Part shown: positions 47,443-58,360 of the stretch, one piece after another
Layout: the number at the start of each line of letters is the position of its first letter
Numbering within the stretch: position 1 is the stretch's first letter
NCBI GenBank assembly: GCA_964503085.1
Contig: CAZCYQ010000009.1
Location: forward strand, 4,825-68,824
From: an uncultured Rhodothermaceae bacterium
GTDB lineage: Bacteria; Bacteroidota; Rhodothermia; Rhodothermales; Bin80
DNA: 64,000 nucleotides
Direction: 5' to 3'
Program-made: the position numbers and the translations under genes
The notes under the pieces: model-generated
What the model saw: the letters and a program-made list of their open reading frames with translations, nothing else
Databases searched by the model: none
What the model was told of the DNA's origin: nothing

Positions 47443-49398
47443 CTACTTGTAACTGCGTGTGGATGGATGCACATTCTCGAAGGATAATTTTTCGAGGTGC
47501 AAAACAGGACGATGATCAGTGTGCTCCCAGGCCGCTACGTCAGCAAAAACTTCATCATTGCGTACAGCTTCCCCCTCGGAGGTCTGATATTCTTCACGGA
47601 AATGTCCTCCGCAAGATTCTTCACGACGAAGGGCATCCTGGGCCATAAGTGATCCAAGTTCAATGAAGTCCGCTACTCGGCCTGCAAATTCCAAATTTTT
47701 GTTGAACCGATCGGCAGAGCCGGGTACGTGGATCCGCTCCCAAAATTCATCTCTCAGGCTTTCTATAGCAGGTATCGCCTCTTCCAGGCCAGCACGGTCA
47801 CGTGCCATGCCTACATGATTCCAAAGGAGTTGACCCAACTCCCGATGAAATTGCGTGGGCGACTTGTCTCCCTTGTTATTAAGCATTTGGTCAATACGTG
47901 CACCGGCCTCTTCTTCAGCAGCAGCAAAAGCTTCATGCGATTCGGCAATGCCTTCCGACTGGCGTATGCCAGCCACATACGCCCCCAGCGTATATGGAAC
48001 AACAAAGTACCCATCCGCCAGCCCCTGCATCAAAGCACTGGCTCCTAGACGATTGGCGCCATGATCGCTGAAATTCGCTTCTCCAAGTACAAAGAGACCT
48101 GGAATAGTACTCTGAAGTTCATAATCCACCCAAAGCCCTCCCATTGTATAGTGCACGGCTGGATAGATCCGCATTGGAGTTCTATAGGGATCGTCTCCGG
48201 TGATGCGCTCGTACATTTCAAACAGATTCCCGTAGCGGTCTCGAATCGATGAGGCACCCAAACGCCGGATTGCAGCATCAAAATCAAGATAGACCGCCAG
48301 TCGGGTCTCGCCGACGCCTCGTCCCGCATCACATTCTTTTTTCGCTGCGCGTGAAGCTACGTCCCTTGGTACAAGGTTTCCGAAGCTCGGATAACGACGC
48401 TCCAGATAATAGTCTCTTGCATCCTCAGGGATTGCTTCCGGTGCACGTGTATCTTTCGGATCTTTGGGAACCCAAACGCGGCCATCGTTACGCAAACTCT
48501 CACTCATCAGTGTGAGCTTGGACTGGTAATCCCCGGAAACGGGAATACAGGTCGGATGGATCTGCGTATAGCAGGGGTTGGCAAAGAATGCACCGCGTTT
48601 GTAGCAACGCCAAGCAGCGGTCACGTTGGAGTTTTTGGCATTTGTTGACAGGTAGTAGGCATTACCGTATCCCCCTGTACAAAGCAGTACAGCATCACCT
48701 GCATGACGCTCAAGCTCGCCTGTGACCAGATCGCGTGTAATAATGCCACGGGCACGATCATTCGCCACAACCAGATCAAGCATTTCTCTGCGCGGCAACA
48801 TGGTCACGCGTCCCGCAGCGATCTGATGACTGAGCGCCTGGTAAGCTCCAAGCAGCAATTGTTGCCCGGTTTGACCTCTTGCATAGAAAGTGCGGGACAC
48901 CTGTGCTCCCCCGAAGGAGCGATTGGCCAATACGCCTCCGTACTCGCGTGCAAACGGAACACCCTGAGCGACGGCCTGATCAATGATATTGCTTGATACT
49001 TGCGCAAGACGATACACATTCGCTTCTCGCGAGCGGTAGTCTCCGCCTTTTATGGTATCGTAGAATAGTCGCCAAACGGTATCCCCATCGTTCGGATAGT
49101 TCTTGGCGGCGTTAATGCCCCCTTGGGCCGCAATGGAGTGGGCCCTGCGTGCCGAGTCCTGAATACAGAAACACTTGACGTTGTATCCCAGTCCCGCAAG
49201 CGTGGCCGCAGCAGAAGCACCTGCAAGGCCTGAACCCACTACAAGAATATTGTGCGAACGCTTATTGGCTGGACTGACTAGCGAAACTGCATCCTTGTAT
49301 GCGTCCCATTTTTCCTGGAGACGCCCTGCGGGCACTTTCGCGTCCAAGCGCTGGCTGTGTGATAATTCTGACATAGAATTAGCTATTTCGTCACTCAT
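47443..49398 (-). CDS. sdhA: Succinate dehydrogenase/fumarate reductase flavoprotein subunit
   Basis: FAD-binding '[12 protein letters not shown]' and the covalent-FAD histidine region '[14 protein letters not shown]'. The ATG at 49398 forms an ATGA overlap with the sdhC stop. The track start at 49530 lies inside sdhC. Confidence 0.93.
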   Translation of the reverse strand: MSDEIANSMSELSHSQRLDAKVPAGRLQEKWDAYKDAVSLVSPANKRSHNILVVGSGLAGASAAATLAGLGYNVKCFCIQDSARRAHSIAAQGGINAAKNYPNDGDTVWRLFYDTIKGGDYRSREANVYRLAQVSSNIIDQAVAQGVPFAREYGGVLANRSFGGAQVSRTFYARGQTGQQLLLGAYQALSHQIAAGRVTMLPRREMLDLVVANDRARGIITRDLVTGELERHAGDAVLLCTGGYGNAYYLSTNAKNSNVTAAWRCYKRGAFFANPCYTQIHPTCIPVSGDYQSKLTLMSESLRNDGRVWVPKDPKDTRAPEAIPEDARDYYLERRYPSFGNLVPRDVASRAAKKECDAGRGVGETRLAVYLDFDAAIRRLGASSIRDRYGNLFEMYERITGDDPYRTPMRIYPAVHYTMGGLWVDYELQSTIPGLFVLGEANFSDHGANRLGASALMQGLADGYFVVPYTLGAYVAGIRQSEGIAESHEAFAAAEEEAGARIDQMLNNKGDKSPTQFHRELGQLLWNHVGMARDRAGLEEAIPAIESLRDEFWERIHVPGSADRFNKNLEFAGRVADFIELGSLMAQDALRREESCGGHFREEYQTSEGEAVRNDEVFADVAAWEHTDHRPVLHLEKLSFENVHPSTRSYK

Positions 49399-50099
49399 GC
49401 CGAGAAATAGATGTAAAGCGGAACGACCAGGAAACCGATGGCCACCAGCGCACCCAGAACCGCTGCAAACGCATAAACATATGGCGACAGGCGCCGGCTC
49501 ATCATCCCCAAAGATTGCAGTGCACTCCACACACCATGTCGCATGTGCATCCCGAGAAGAACCATCACAACAGGGTATCCAAACGCATAGAGTGGCTCCC
49601 GGAATTTTTCGGTCATAAGGCGTCGTAGGTCACGTACTTCTTCACCACTTTGCAGTATTGCCGTGTAGCCTTCCGCCTCGCCCGGTCCAAATTTGAAAGA
49701 ATTCAAGTGCAGGATCAGGAATCCGAGCAGAATAATCCCTGTGAGGATCATAGAGCGTGCACTGTACCCTGATCGACTCGGACTGCCTGCACTCTTGTAT
49801 GCCTTGTAGCCTACTGGGCGGGCCTTTCGTCGACGCACCTGAATAGAAACGCCCACAATGGCATGTAGAAGAAAACAAAGCGCCAGGCCGATCTCCATGG
49901 TATAGAGTAGCCAACCCCAACTCATCAACTTGTGCGCGTAGGCATTATAGGCCTGTGGATCCGGTGACAGGTACGACAAGTTGCCAATCATATGGACAAT
50001 CACGAACGCAACCAAGCCAATTCCTGTAACGCCAGTCAAGACCTTGCGGCCAACTGGAGACATGAGGGCCGATAGCAACGTGACATCCGGACGAGACAT
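49395..50099 (-). CDS. sdhC: Succinate dehydrogenase cytochrome b subunit (b558-type, about 5 TM)
   Basis: 234 aa with five hydrophobic helices carrying conserved His residues (HMIGN, HAIVG, HMRHG). It sits directly upstream of sdhA and sdhB. Confidence 0.8.
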   Translation of the reverse strand: MSRPDVTLLSALMSPVGRKVLTGVTGIGLVAFVIVHMIGNLSYLSPDPQAYNAYAHKLMSWGWLLYTMEIGLALCFLLHAIVGVSIQVRRRKARPVGYKAYKSAGSPSRSGYSARSMILTGIILLGFLILHLNSFKFGPGEAEGYTAILQSGEEVRDLRRLMTEKFREPLYAFGYPVVMVLLGMHMRHGVWSALQSLGMMSRRLSPYVYAFAAVLGALVAIGFLVVPLYIYFSA

Positions 50100-50183
50100 G
50101 ATTTTAACAGAGTTGAATAGCGAGTTGACTGTGAAGCAATTTATGTAATATCACCGACCATTAATCCCTGCGCATAAACCGGA

Positions 50184-51326
50184 TCACTGATTAACCTTGA
50201 GACCCATGGGACCAGTATAAGCCGCCCTTGGTCGAATTAATCGATTATCCTCCCATTGTTCCAGCAAGTGCGCAGTCCAGCCGGTGATACGACCCATTAC
50301 AAAAAGTGATGTGAAGAAATCCGCGTCAATGCCTAACAGGTGGTATATCGGTGCACTGTAAAAATCTACATTGGCGTTAATGCCTTTTTCCTCTTCAACA
50401 ACCTGCGTCAATGTATAGCATAGATCTACCCAATGCATGGCATCCCGCTCGCGTCCAAGCTCCATAAGCATTTGACGGAGGACATTTGCTCTTGGATCCA
50501 GAGTTTTGTAAACACGATGCCCAAATCCCATAATGCGCTCTTTTGCCGCAAGCTTACGACGTACGAACGCTTTAGGATCTTCACCGCTCTTATGGAGCTC
50601 AAGCAGCATACGCATAACGCGCGTGTTCGCCCCTCCGTGCAGGGCGCCTTTGAGTGCTCCAATCCCACCTGTGATGGCGGAGTAAAGGTCACTGAGCGTG
50701 GCTCCGATGACGCGTGCAGCAAAGGTTGATGCATTCAACCCGTGTTCCGCGTGTAGCACCAACGCTGCGTCCAGAGCCTCCACCGCACGGGGCCCAGGCT
50801 CTTCACCGTTTAGCATATACAGAAAATTCCTAGCTGTATTGCCAGTTGTGCGCGGAGCAACTGGAGCTTTGCCACGCTTCAAGCGTGCAAGGGCCGCAAT
50901 CAGAACAGGAATCCGAGCAGTCAGGCGAAGAGTTTTGCGATAGTTGGCCTCGGGAGACATGTCATCGGCCTCGGAATCATAATGTGCCAGCATAGAAACT
51001 GCTGTTCGCAGCGCACCCGTTGGATTATTCCCCGCAGGCAACCCACGAAGCATATCAAGCACCGCTTCCGGCACATCGCGTAAGCTGGTCAATTCGTCAC
51101 ACAATCCGGTCCTCTCAACTTCAGTGGGAAGGTGACCATGCCACAGGAGATGCGCAACATCCTCAAAGGTGCTGTTCGTTGCGAGATCCTCTATCCGGTA
51201 ACCACGATAAACTAGGATTCCTTTGCGACCGTCCAGGAAACAGATGGAAGAGTTTAGAGCAATAACGCCCGCCAATCCTTTTGCATGACTATCTCGGCCA
51301 GTTGGGGCTATTTTTGATGAATTCAT
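50184..51326 (-). CDS. gltA: Citrate synthase
   Basis: 380 aa, with 'LVLHAEHGLNAST', 'MGFGHRVYKTLDPR' and 'NVDFYS'. Confidence 0.93.
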   Translation of the reverse strand: MNSSKIAPTGRDSHAKGLAGVIALNSSICFLDGRKGILVYRGYRIEDLATNSTFEDVAHLLWHGHLPTEVERTGLCDELTSLRDVPEAVLDMLRGLPAGNNPTGALRTAVSMLAHYDSEADDMSPEANYRKTLRLTARIPVLIAALARLKRGKAPVAPRTTGNTARNFLYMLNGEEPGPRAVEALDAALVLHAEHGLNASTFAARVIGATLSDLYSAITGGIGALKGALHGGANTRVMRMLLELHKSGEDPKAFVRRKLAAKERIMGFGHRVYKTLDPRANVLRQMLMELGRERDAMHWVDLCYTLTQVVEEEKGINANVDFYSAPIYHLLGIDADFFTSLFVMGRITGWTAHLLEQWEDNRLIRPRAAYTGPMGLKVNQ

Positions 51327-52176
51327 AAGTGCGATTTATGTGCAGCCCGTAGGCGTGGAGCGCATTTAACGAAGAAACACAGGTGATGTGCCAAAAAATC
51401 TACTGCTTATAATCTGCTCTGAGGGAGTTATTGCGGGCATCGTAAAGCCAGGGGCTCGGCGTCGTTTTCATTATTGTTCTGGGAATGCTCCGTTTCCATT
51501 TTTGCTTGTCCCTGGTTCCCGAATCATCGCTGGTACCTGCTTTTCAAACCGGACAGTGACGGCTTTGTCGCATTCGGTTTTCGGTTGAAATCACTACCCC
51601 GCTCACGGAAGCCTTTTGTCAACGGACAACCATAACCCCCCATCCTATAAACGTTGCTATTTTCCGGTCCGCAGCTTATGCTCGCGACAAATCACGACCT
51701 CAGATACTGCATTGTGTCAGTTAAATGCAGAGTCGAAGACAACTGAAAAATACAGTTGCGGCGTGCTCCCGCTTCTTCAGTATCTAGTGGTTCCCGTCTG
51801 GATTTCAGGTATTATCTGGCTGTTGATCTTTTGGTTCTTCTAGAGTTCTTGATCAGAATTTCTCCTTTTCTGTGGCTACTTAACCCCCTCCTCAAGAATC
51901 CAGCAGAATCCTGATTTTTGGCGGGTTGCATCCGAAAACGCATTACGAAACAGCTGATTGGCGAAGATTCACCGCATTTTTTACTGCAATGCAGGCTCTT
52001 GGGGGATCAATTGGAACATATTTCCGTTGGGTAGGGGATTTGTTATGCATTTACACCTCTCACACGCCGCCTTGCAGGTACGATCTACATCTGGAAGGCT
52101 GCGATGTCCTCAACTGTACTAAAATTCCTTCCTGTATTACAGGAATGCGCGGCAAGCGTACTCAATATATACCCAT

Positions 52177-53892
52177 ATGAAGAAAGAAATTGTTATTAAC
52201 ACCACACCCGAAGAGACGAGAATAGCCATCGTTGATGAGGGGCAGTTGGTGGAGTTTTACATTGAAGGTCCAGATAGTGAACGAACAGTAGGTGATATTT
52301 TCCTGGGACATGTCGACACGATTCGTTCCAATCTTCGAGCTGCTTTTGTAGATATAGGAGAGAATCAGCACGGGTTTTTGCATTTTTCCGACCTTTCAGC
52401 AAATCTGGAGCAACAACTGGCTTTTGTGAAGGAGCGTAGCCTACGCGTAGCGGACTTCATGAAAAAATGGACTCCAAAGCAGGAAAAGGAGCCATCAAGA
52501 GGTGGGCAACCATTGCGTCGCCGATGGGGAGACCCGAATCTGCTAAGTACCAAACAGCCCATTCTCGTTACGGTTACCAAGGAACCCTATCACAGCAAGA
52601 GTTCCCGACTCTCCACCGATATCTCTCTGGCAGGACGTTTTCTTGTACTGATTCCATTTGCGGACTACGCAGCCGTATCCAGACGAATCGAAGACAGAAA
52701 AGAGCGCTATCGCTTGCGTTCAATCGTGAGAAGATTGCGCCCATCCGGGTTTGGCCTGATCGCCCGAACCGTTGCCGAAGGCAGGAAAGATGACGTACTG
52801 GAAACAGACCTTCAGTTGCTCCTGGATCGGTGGTACAGAGTCGAGAAGGCGCTACAAAAACACCCAAAACCGCCATTGAAGCTGTACGAGGATGTAGGCC
52901 TGGCTTCATCAATTATTCGGGATTTGTTTTCGGATGATTTCTCCCGTGTTCTGGTTGACAACCATCGGATGTACCGTGCTATCCGTGGATACGTTATGGC
53001 CGTCGCCCCCCATATGGTTAATGTCGTCAAACAACATAAAGGCAAAAAACCGGTGTATGAAGCGGCGCAAATCCAGGATCAGATCAACGAGGTCTTTGAT
53101 ACCAAGGTGCAATTGCCTTCGGGTGGTTCGGTGATCATTGAAGCCACCGAGGCCATGCATGTGATTGATGTGAACTCTGGACGAACCCGGGGAAAACAGA
53201 ATGCAGAAAAAACAGCGCTACGGGTTAATCTGGAAGCTGTCGAGGTAATTGCCCGCCAGATTCGATTACGTGATCTGAGCGGACTGATCGTGGTTGATTT
53301 TATTGATCTGAGGCATGAAAGCAATCGGAAACAAGTAAATGAGTCGCTTGCGGCACGGCTGGCCACAGACAGAGTGACATCGCACAGCCTTCCCATGAGC
53401 GACTACGGTATCGTTCAGATTACCCGCGAGCGCAAGCGGGTAAGTGTAACTGCCACGCATAGGCTCACGAACAAATCACGGGTTGATCCTGCGCCTCCGC
53501 CCGATCCAGATAAGGTTTCAAAAAACATCGAGCGCTGGCTGGGCAAGCACGATGGCGGGGACCTTCACCTGCACGTACATCCATTTACTGCTGCCTGGCT
53601 GGAGCACGGTTCATGGCGTCGCACCAGAAAGTCTCGGTGGCAACGTCAGTATAAGCGCCGCATTAGAGTGATTGGGAAAAAGTCACTGCGTCCAGACGAG
53701 TTCAGGTTTCTGGACGCGAAGAGCGGACACGATATTACTGACCTCAGCCCCCGAATGGTTCGCATAAAGGCAGCATTGGACCAAGATGCATCTGCGAAGC
53801 CCAAAACCGCGCCAAAAGCCAAGAGGAACCCTAACACTAATGGGCAGGCCCGGCGGAAACAACGGCCTCAGCGGACTGCAACCAAACCCTGA
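52177..53892 (+). CDS. rng: Rne/Rng-family ribonuclease (RNase G/E) with a basic C-terminal tail
   Basis: 571 aa. It starts 'MKKEIVINTTPEETRIAIVDEGQLVEFYIE', has an S1-like region, then 'HVIDVNSGR' and 'GLIVVDFIDL'. The Lys/Arg/Pro-rich tail begins after about aa 470. Confidence 0.88.
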   Translation: MKKEIVINTTPEETRIAIVDEGQLVEFYIEGPDSERTVGDIFLGHVDTIRSNLRAAFVDIGENQHGFLHFSDLSANLEQQLAFVKERSLRVADFMKKWTPKQEKEPSRGGQPLRRRWGDPNLLSTKQPILVTVTKEPYHSKSSRLSTDISLAGRFLVLIPFADYAAVSRRIEDRKERYRLRSIVRRLRPSGFGLIARTVAEGRKDDVLETDLQLLLDRWYRVEKALQKHPKPPLKLYEDVGLASSIIRDLFSDDFSRVLVDNHRMYRAIRGYVMAVAPHMVNVVKQHKGKKPVYEAAQIQDQINEVFDTKVQLPSGGSVIIEATEAMHVIDVNSGRTRGKQNAEKTALRVNLEAVEVIARQIRLRDLSGLIVVDFIDLRHESNRKQVNESLAARLATDRVTSHSLPMSDYGIVQITRERKRVSVTATHRLTNKSRVDPAPPPDPDKVSKNIERWLGKHDGGDLHLHVHPFTAAWLEHGSWRRTRKSRWQRQYKRRIRVIGKKSLRPDEFRFLDAKSGHDITDLSPRMVRIKAALDQDASAKPKTAPKAKRNPNTNGQARRKQRPQRTATKP

Positions 53893-53895
53893 CGC

Positions 53896-54612
53896 ATGTG
53901 GATGACCAAAGCTCCACTCCTGGCAGTGCTTACCGTGCTGGTATCTGCTAATGTTGTGGCGCAGGAAGAGTTTTTCGAGTCCGGCATGCACTCCGCAGGG
54001 TTCAGCGTCGGCATAATTGACCACAGATATACAGGCAACGCAGAGATCGCAGGAGGGGTTAGCTATCAGGGACCAGCATTCGGGCTTTCCTATACCGGTC
54101 CACAACTGAGAGCGACGGGGCTTTTCACGCGCTTTGACGGGGGACATACTCTGGTCAACCTGTCCGGGGTTGGCTGGCTGCTCCCTTCATTTACCCTCAA
54201 AAGGATGGACAACACTATCGTGGCCGTCCCGATAGGGGTCTTAGCGGCTTGGCAGCGAACCAGTGGAGGTAATGACATTGCTCCACTCGGCACACAGGCA
54301 ATTCTGCTGGGGGCAGGAGGGGTTCTTGAGCATCAAATAGGTAGCCGTGCAGGAATCAAGCTGCGGGCAATGCCGCTCGCAGGCTTCACCAGCACTGAAG
54401 TCGCTGACGCACTCGGCTTTTCCTGGGCCGCAGATGCAGAGGCTCGACTGGAGGTTGAAAACTTATTTTCTGGTCTGGGACTCACGATAAGTTATATATT
54501 TCGTTACCAGGTATGGAACGTGAACGGATCAAGGGCCTTTTCCTCCGTTGTGGACGAGGCATATGATTACACCACCAACATGCATGTGATTTCCGTTGAA
54601 CTCAAATTTTAG
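53896..54612 (+). CDS. Hypothetical outer-membrane beta-barrel-like protein
   Basis: 238 aa with signal peptide '...VSANVVAQ'. It shows alternating aromatic/Gly beta-strand-like segments and ends in 'VISVELKF' (C-terminal Phe). It starts 3 nt after rng. Confidence 0.55.
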   Translation: MWMTKAPLLAVLTVLVSANVVAQEEFFESGMHSAGFSVGIIDHRYTGNAEIAGGVSYQGPAFGLSYTGPQLRATGLFTRFDGGHTLVNLSGVGWLLPSFTLKRMDNTIVAVPIGVLAAWQRTSGGNDIAPLGTQAILLGAGGVLEHQIGSRAGIKLRAMPLAGFTSTEVADALGFSWAADAEARLEVENLFSGLGLTISYIFRYQVWNVNGSRAFSSVVDEAYDYTTNMHVISVELKF

Positions 54613-54614
54613 CT

Positions 54615-54887
54615 ATGACCAAAAAGGATATTGCTGTACTGCGTGCAATGGAAGGAGCGGCAAAGGCAATCGGTTACGTCATCCGATGGGACCGAGGCCC
54701 CTTTCGCGGTGGGCGCTGCACACTGGACGGAAAGGAACTCATAATTTTGAATCGACTCCACCCAACGGAAGCACACCTTGGTGTGCTGGCGCGTATCCTG
54801 CAGGATGCTCCACTTGCAGAGATATCCATGCAAAGAACAATGCGCAGGCGTGTGGAGTCGATCATACGGCAACACTCATCCGAGTGA
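54615..54887 (+). CDS. Small hypothetical protein (90 aa)
   Basis: The ORF fits exactly between its neighbours, with 2-nt and 6-nt gaps. No motif recognised. Competing overlapping ORFs in other frames fit the operon less well. Confidence 0.5.
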   Translation: MTKKDIAVLRAMEGAAKAIGYVIRWDRGPFRGGRCTLDGKELIILNRLHPTEAHLGVLARILQDAPLAEISMQRTMRRRVESIIRQHSSE

Positions 54888-54893
54888 AGATGC

Positions 54894-55670
54894 ATGCGCA
54901 TCACGCTATTGGGCACAGGTACATCCGTAGGGATCCCCATGATCGGCTGTGCCTGCGAAACGTGCAAATCTTCAGACCCCAGAGATAAAAGGCTACGCAC
55001 CGCATGCCATATTGAGGCTGGGAATCTGAGTATTATCATTGATACGGGGCCGGATTTTCGGCAGCAGGTGCTACGCGCAAATGTGCGGCATCTTGACGCG
55101 GTCCTGTGGACGCACCATCATTTCGATCATATAATGGGGCTGGACGATCTGCGGCCGTACTTCTTTGATTGCATGGCACCGATTCCATGCTTTGCCCATC
55201 CTAAGAGTGCGAATGTTTTGCGAAGTATCTTCCCTTACATATGGGGTAAGCGAAAGGCCTACCCGGGCACACTGAAACTGAATCCGGCGGACACACCATT
55301 CGGGATCAAGAGCCGCTATGACAAACCAGATACCATCAACGTCACCCCAATTGAAATCCTGCATGGCCGAATGCCCATCAACGGATACAGGATTGGTAAC
55401 TTTGCATATTTAACGGATGTGAGCCACATTCCGGAGGCCGAGTACTGGAAACTGAAAAACCTTGACCTGCTGGTGCTCAATGCATTGCGCCCGACAAGGC
55501 ATCCACGTCATTTTTCGATCAGCGAGGCCAAAAACGTTGCGAAGAGAATTCGTGCGAATCAGACAGTATTTGTTCACATGTCACACCAGGTACTTCATTC
55601 CCGAGAGAGTACCCTGTTGACCGGAAGCATGGCGTTGGGGTATGATGGCATGGTACTTGAAACAACTTAA
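54894..55670 (+). CDS. MBL-fold metallo-hydrolase (PhnP/GPP-like)
   Basis: 258 aa. It starts 'MRITLLGTGTSVGIP', then 'CxCxxC' (GCACETC), then 'HHHFDH'. Confidence 0.85.
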   Translation: MRITLLGTGTSVGIPMIGCACETCKSSDPRDKRLRTACHIEAGNLSIIIDTGPDFRQQVLRANVRHLDAVLWTHHHFDHIMGLDDLRPYFFDCMAPIPCFAHPKSANVLRSIFPYIWGKRKAYPGTLKLNPADTPFGIKSRYDKPDTINVTPIEILHGRMPINGYRIGNFAYLTDVSHIPEAEYWKLKNLDLLVLNALRPTRHPRHFSISEAKNVAKRIRANQTVFVHMSHQVLHSRESTLLTGSMALGYDGMVLETT

Positions 55671-55676
55671 CGATCA

Positions 55677-56108
55677 ATGGAACACACGATTCTTGTCCTG
55701 AATGGACCTAACCTGAACCTGTTGGGTACGCGGGAACCCGAGAAGTATGGCCAAACCACACTCGAGGAACTCGCAGTCAATCTGCAGCGCGGATTTCCCG
55801 GTGTTCAGCTCTCCTTTTACCAGAGCAACCACGAGGGCGACCTGATTGATCGTCTCCATCAGGCATACGAATCAGGAATGTCAGGAGTCGTATTCAATCC
55901 AGGGGCCTACACGCACACGTCCATAGCTTTGCGGGATGCCATCAAGGCTATTGATCTCCCTGTCGTAGAGGTGCACATCAGTAACATCCATGCACGGGAG
56001 TCCTTCCGACACTTTTCTTATTTGGCACCGGTCTGTGCAGGGCAAATATCTGGCTTGGGCATTGAAGGATACAGCTTGGCTATTCGCTGGCTAGTTATGA
56101 AGTTTTAG
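55677..56108 (+). CDS. aroQ: Type II 3-dehydroquinate dehydratase
   Basis: 143 aa, with '[17 protein letters not shown]', 'NPGAYTHTS' and 'EVHISN'. Confidence 0.95.
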   Translation: MEHTILVLNGPNLNLLGTREPEKYGQTTLEELAVNLQRGFPGVQLSFYQSNHEGDLIDRLHQAYESGMSGVVFNPGAYTHTSIALRDAIKAIDLPVVEVHISNIHARESFRHFSYLAPVCAGQISGLGIEGYSLAIRWLVMKF

Positions 56109-56254
56109 GAAATCACACACCTTGAGTCCCCGATCTGCATTAAATAGGCCCTGCGCAAGGGCATGCATATTTCGGCCCGCACCGGAGCGCAATTATAATG
56201 ATTTCCGGGATTGAGCATCGGTACTACGATAGACTCTAGTCACCTGTGTGATCT

Positions 56255-56279
56255 GTGTTACGTGGAGACTGCGTAACAC
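56255..56279. terminator. Stem-loop between convergent aroQ and nadE; possible bidirectional terminator with no U-tract
   Basis: 8-bp stem gtgttacg / cgtaacac with a 9-nt loop. Confidence 0.3.
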
Positions 56280-56311
56280 GAGGATTAGGTACAGAATGCC
56301 CGGTTATAGGT

Positions 56312-57934
56312 TCAACGAGCAACTATGGGCTCCTTTCGCCCGCTGCCAAAAGCTTTCCTACGGAGGCGGAGCACTGGTGCGGCCTGTTTTCTTTTGTACT
56401 CGGTCCGGTCCACCATGAGTATGATCGACTCAACCAGTGTTCTTGCGTACCCTGTGTGTGCAACTATTTCGTCGACGCTTAGCTGCGCCTCAATGTAGCC
56501 TTTTAGAATCTCGTCAAGTACTTCATACGGTGGTAAAGAATCCTGATCTACCTGGTTTGGTCGCAGTTCAGCAGACGGCGGTTTTGTGATTGAGGATTCC
56601 GGGATAAGCTCACCGGACGCGTTCATTAATCTGGCCAACTCGTAAACCTCGGTTTTATAGAGATCTCCGAGAACAGCAAGCCCTCCGTTCATATCACCAT
56701 AAAGGGTTGCGTATCCTGTGGCCAGTTCACTCTTATTGCCAGTGGCGAGCACCATCCCATTGAATTTATTGGCGAAGGCCATAAGCAGGGTTCCTCGTGC
56801 TCGGGCCTGGATATTTTCTTCGGCAACTCCTGCGTCCAAGCCTAAAAACTGATCTTTCAACGCATGATTGAACGCATCAATGACCTTGTGAATCGGGATT
56901 GTATGCAACTCAATTCCAAGGTTTGAGGCCAGCTGGCTCGCATCTTCCAGTGATCCACTTGAAGAGTACGCAGAAGGCATAGCTACACCAACCACACGCT
57001 TTGGTCCGAGGGCCTTTACCGCCAGCGCAGCAGTCACTGCAGAGTCTATGCCGCCGCTTAACCCAATAAACACCTGCTCCAAAACACCCGTTTTTTCTAC
57101 GTAATCCAGAACTCCCAGCTTCAGTGCTTCCAATACTTGCTGGGTCGGGGATACAGAGGCTGGTTCTGAGTCTGGCGGAAGGCTAGAATCCCATATGAGC
57201 AACGTTTCTTCAAAAGGAGCAGCTTCCAGCACCCGGTCACCCTGAAATACGCAGCTTCGCCCGTCAAAGATCAGGTCTGTATTGGCTCCAACCAAATTGG
57301 TGAAGACATAGGGGCGGCCATACCGTCGCCAGACGGTCTCCATGAGCGCGTACCGCTCAAAATGCTTATCAATGGCAAATGGAGAGGCACAGAGGTTGAT
57401 AAAAAGATCGGGGTTTTGACTGCCCAGCGTGGCGATGGGATCATGTATGTAAGGCTGATGGTCGGACTCTCGTACGTTCCACAGATCCTCACAAACATGT
57501 ATACCCAGCTTAAAACCCCGCCAGCGCAGTACCACGGGATCTGCACCTGTAGCAAAATGGCGCTGCTCATCAAACACATCATAAGTCGGCAAGAGCTGCT
57601 TGTGGCATACGCCCACACAATCACCATTCTCGTACAGGTAGGCCGCGTTGTGGAGCGGTTTGCCGTGCCCAGGGTTACGGGCCAGACCCCCTAGAAGTAC
57701 GCCCAGATTGGCCGGAAGCGTCTGTGCAAGGCACTCCCGCGTCTTCCGTTCACGCGCAACAAACTCCTCGGATTCCAACAAATCCAGTGGAGGATAGCCT
57801 GTGAGCGTAAGTTCTGGAAAAACCACCAGGCTTGCACCCAGGTCCTGGGCTCTTCGGCAATTATCCGATACCTTGTTTGCGTTCCCGCGTAAATCGCCAA
57901 CGATCGTGTTTATTTGTGCCAATGCCAACTTCAT
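56312..57934 (-). CDS. nadE: Glutamine-dependent NAD+ synthetase
   Basis: N-terminal carbon-nitrogen hydrolase domain ('MKLALAQIN', 'LVVFPEL', 'HVCEDLW') plus a C-terminal PP-loop 'GLSGGIDSAV'. I prefer the ATG at 57934 to the track start at 57979. Confidence 0.92.
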   Translation of the reverse strand: MKLALAQINTIVGDLRGNANKVSDNCRRAQDLGASLVVFPELTLTGYPPLDLLESEEFVARERKTRECLAQTLPANLGVLLGGLARNPGHGKPLHNAAYLYENGDCVGVCHKQLLPTYDVFDEQRHFATGADPVVLRWRGFKLGIHVCEDLWNVRESDHQPYIHDPIATLGSQNPDLFINLCASPFAIDKHFERYALMETVWRRYGRPYVFTNLVGANTDLIFDGRSCVFQGDRVLEAAPFEETLLIWDSSLPPDSEPASVSPTQQVLEALKLGVLDYVEKTGVLEQVFIGLSGGIDSAVTAALAVKALGPKRVVGVAMPSAYSSSGSLEDASQLASNLGIELHTIPIHKVIDAFNHALKDQFLGLDAGVAEENIQARARGTLLMAFANKFNGMVLATGNKSELATGYATLYGDMNGGLAVLGDLYKTEVYELARLMNASGELIPESSITKPPSAELRPNQVDQDSLPPYEVLDEILKGYIEAQLSVDEIVAHTGYARTLVESIILMVDRTEYKRKQAAPVLRLRRKAFGSGRKEPIVAR

Positions 57935-57980
57935 GCAGGATCCAGTGAAAACGGGTAATTCGTATTTTCCAGAAAACACA

Positions 57981-58021
57981 ATTTAATTCCCGGGCAAACA
58001 CTAGATATCAACCTGCGGTAG
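57981..58021 (+). repeat. Left copy of an imperfect ~40-bp direct repeat
   Basis: atttaattcccgggcaaacactagatatcaacctgcggtag. The core of 28 nt matches 59872-59900 with 3 mismatches and one single-base indel, and then realigns on ...aac(ctgc)ggtag. Confidence 0.85.
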
Positions 58022-58360
58022 ATCACGGTTCGACCCGTCCAAATTGGTTTTACCGCAATTCGTGCGGAAGGATTAAATCTGGGCTCCACCAGTCTTGAAT
58101 TGCATACACGGGCTTAACTTGGAAAGGTTGCTCTCAGACTGTGATCCAAAAACAAATATTACACCAAGCAGCGCTACCAGCAGGTTGATTTCACAAAGTG
58201 CCACCTGCTTGGGTCTGAATACTCCTATAAATTCTCCACCCATCCCTGTTCATGCCTTCGTCGTCTGACGTCTACAAAATCAAAGCGGACTACCCAATTC
58301 CACTAGTGGTCCCGGACCTCAATAGTGTCTGTGACCCATCCTCCTGGCGCTACGTCAAAG

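Noticed and set aside
49399-49530. An N-terminal extension of sdhA. Similar extensions occur for sdhB to 47474, nadE to 57979, murE from 3640 and rpsT from 14642.
   Set aside because: The extensions run into the upstream gene. Internal ATGs give ATGA or few-nucleotide junctions and canonical N-termini.
51388-52180. Three plus-strand ORFs (66, 75 and 84 aa) in the gltA-rng gap. The 75-aa one ends in a hydrophobic helix (LLQYLVVPVWISGIIWLLIFWFF).
   Set aside because: At least two (the 75- and 84-aa ORFs) start at TTG. None has recognisable motifs, and they tile the gap in different frames. They are kept only as part of the non-coding-gap observation.
58015-58095. tRNA/tmRNA-like fragments: 'ggttcgaccc' (T-loop-like) and 'gggctccacca' (acceptor-CCA-like), which could have marked a tRNA-borne att site next to the left direct repeat.
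   Set aside because: I could not fold a cloverleaf. The putative T-stem is 4 bp with a 6-nt loop. The two elements are about 50 nt apart, and the 17 nt preceding 'gggctccacca' do not form a T-arm. Only generic hairpins are present (gcggta...taccgc; ccgca-attcg-tgcgg).
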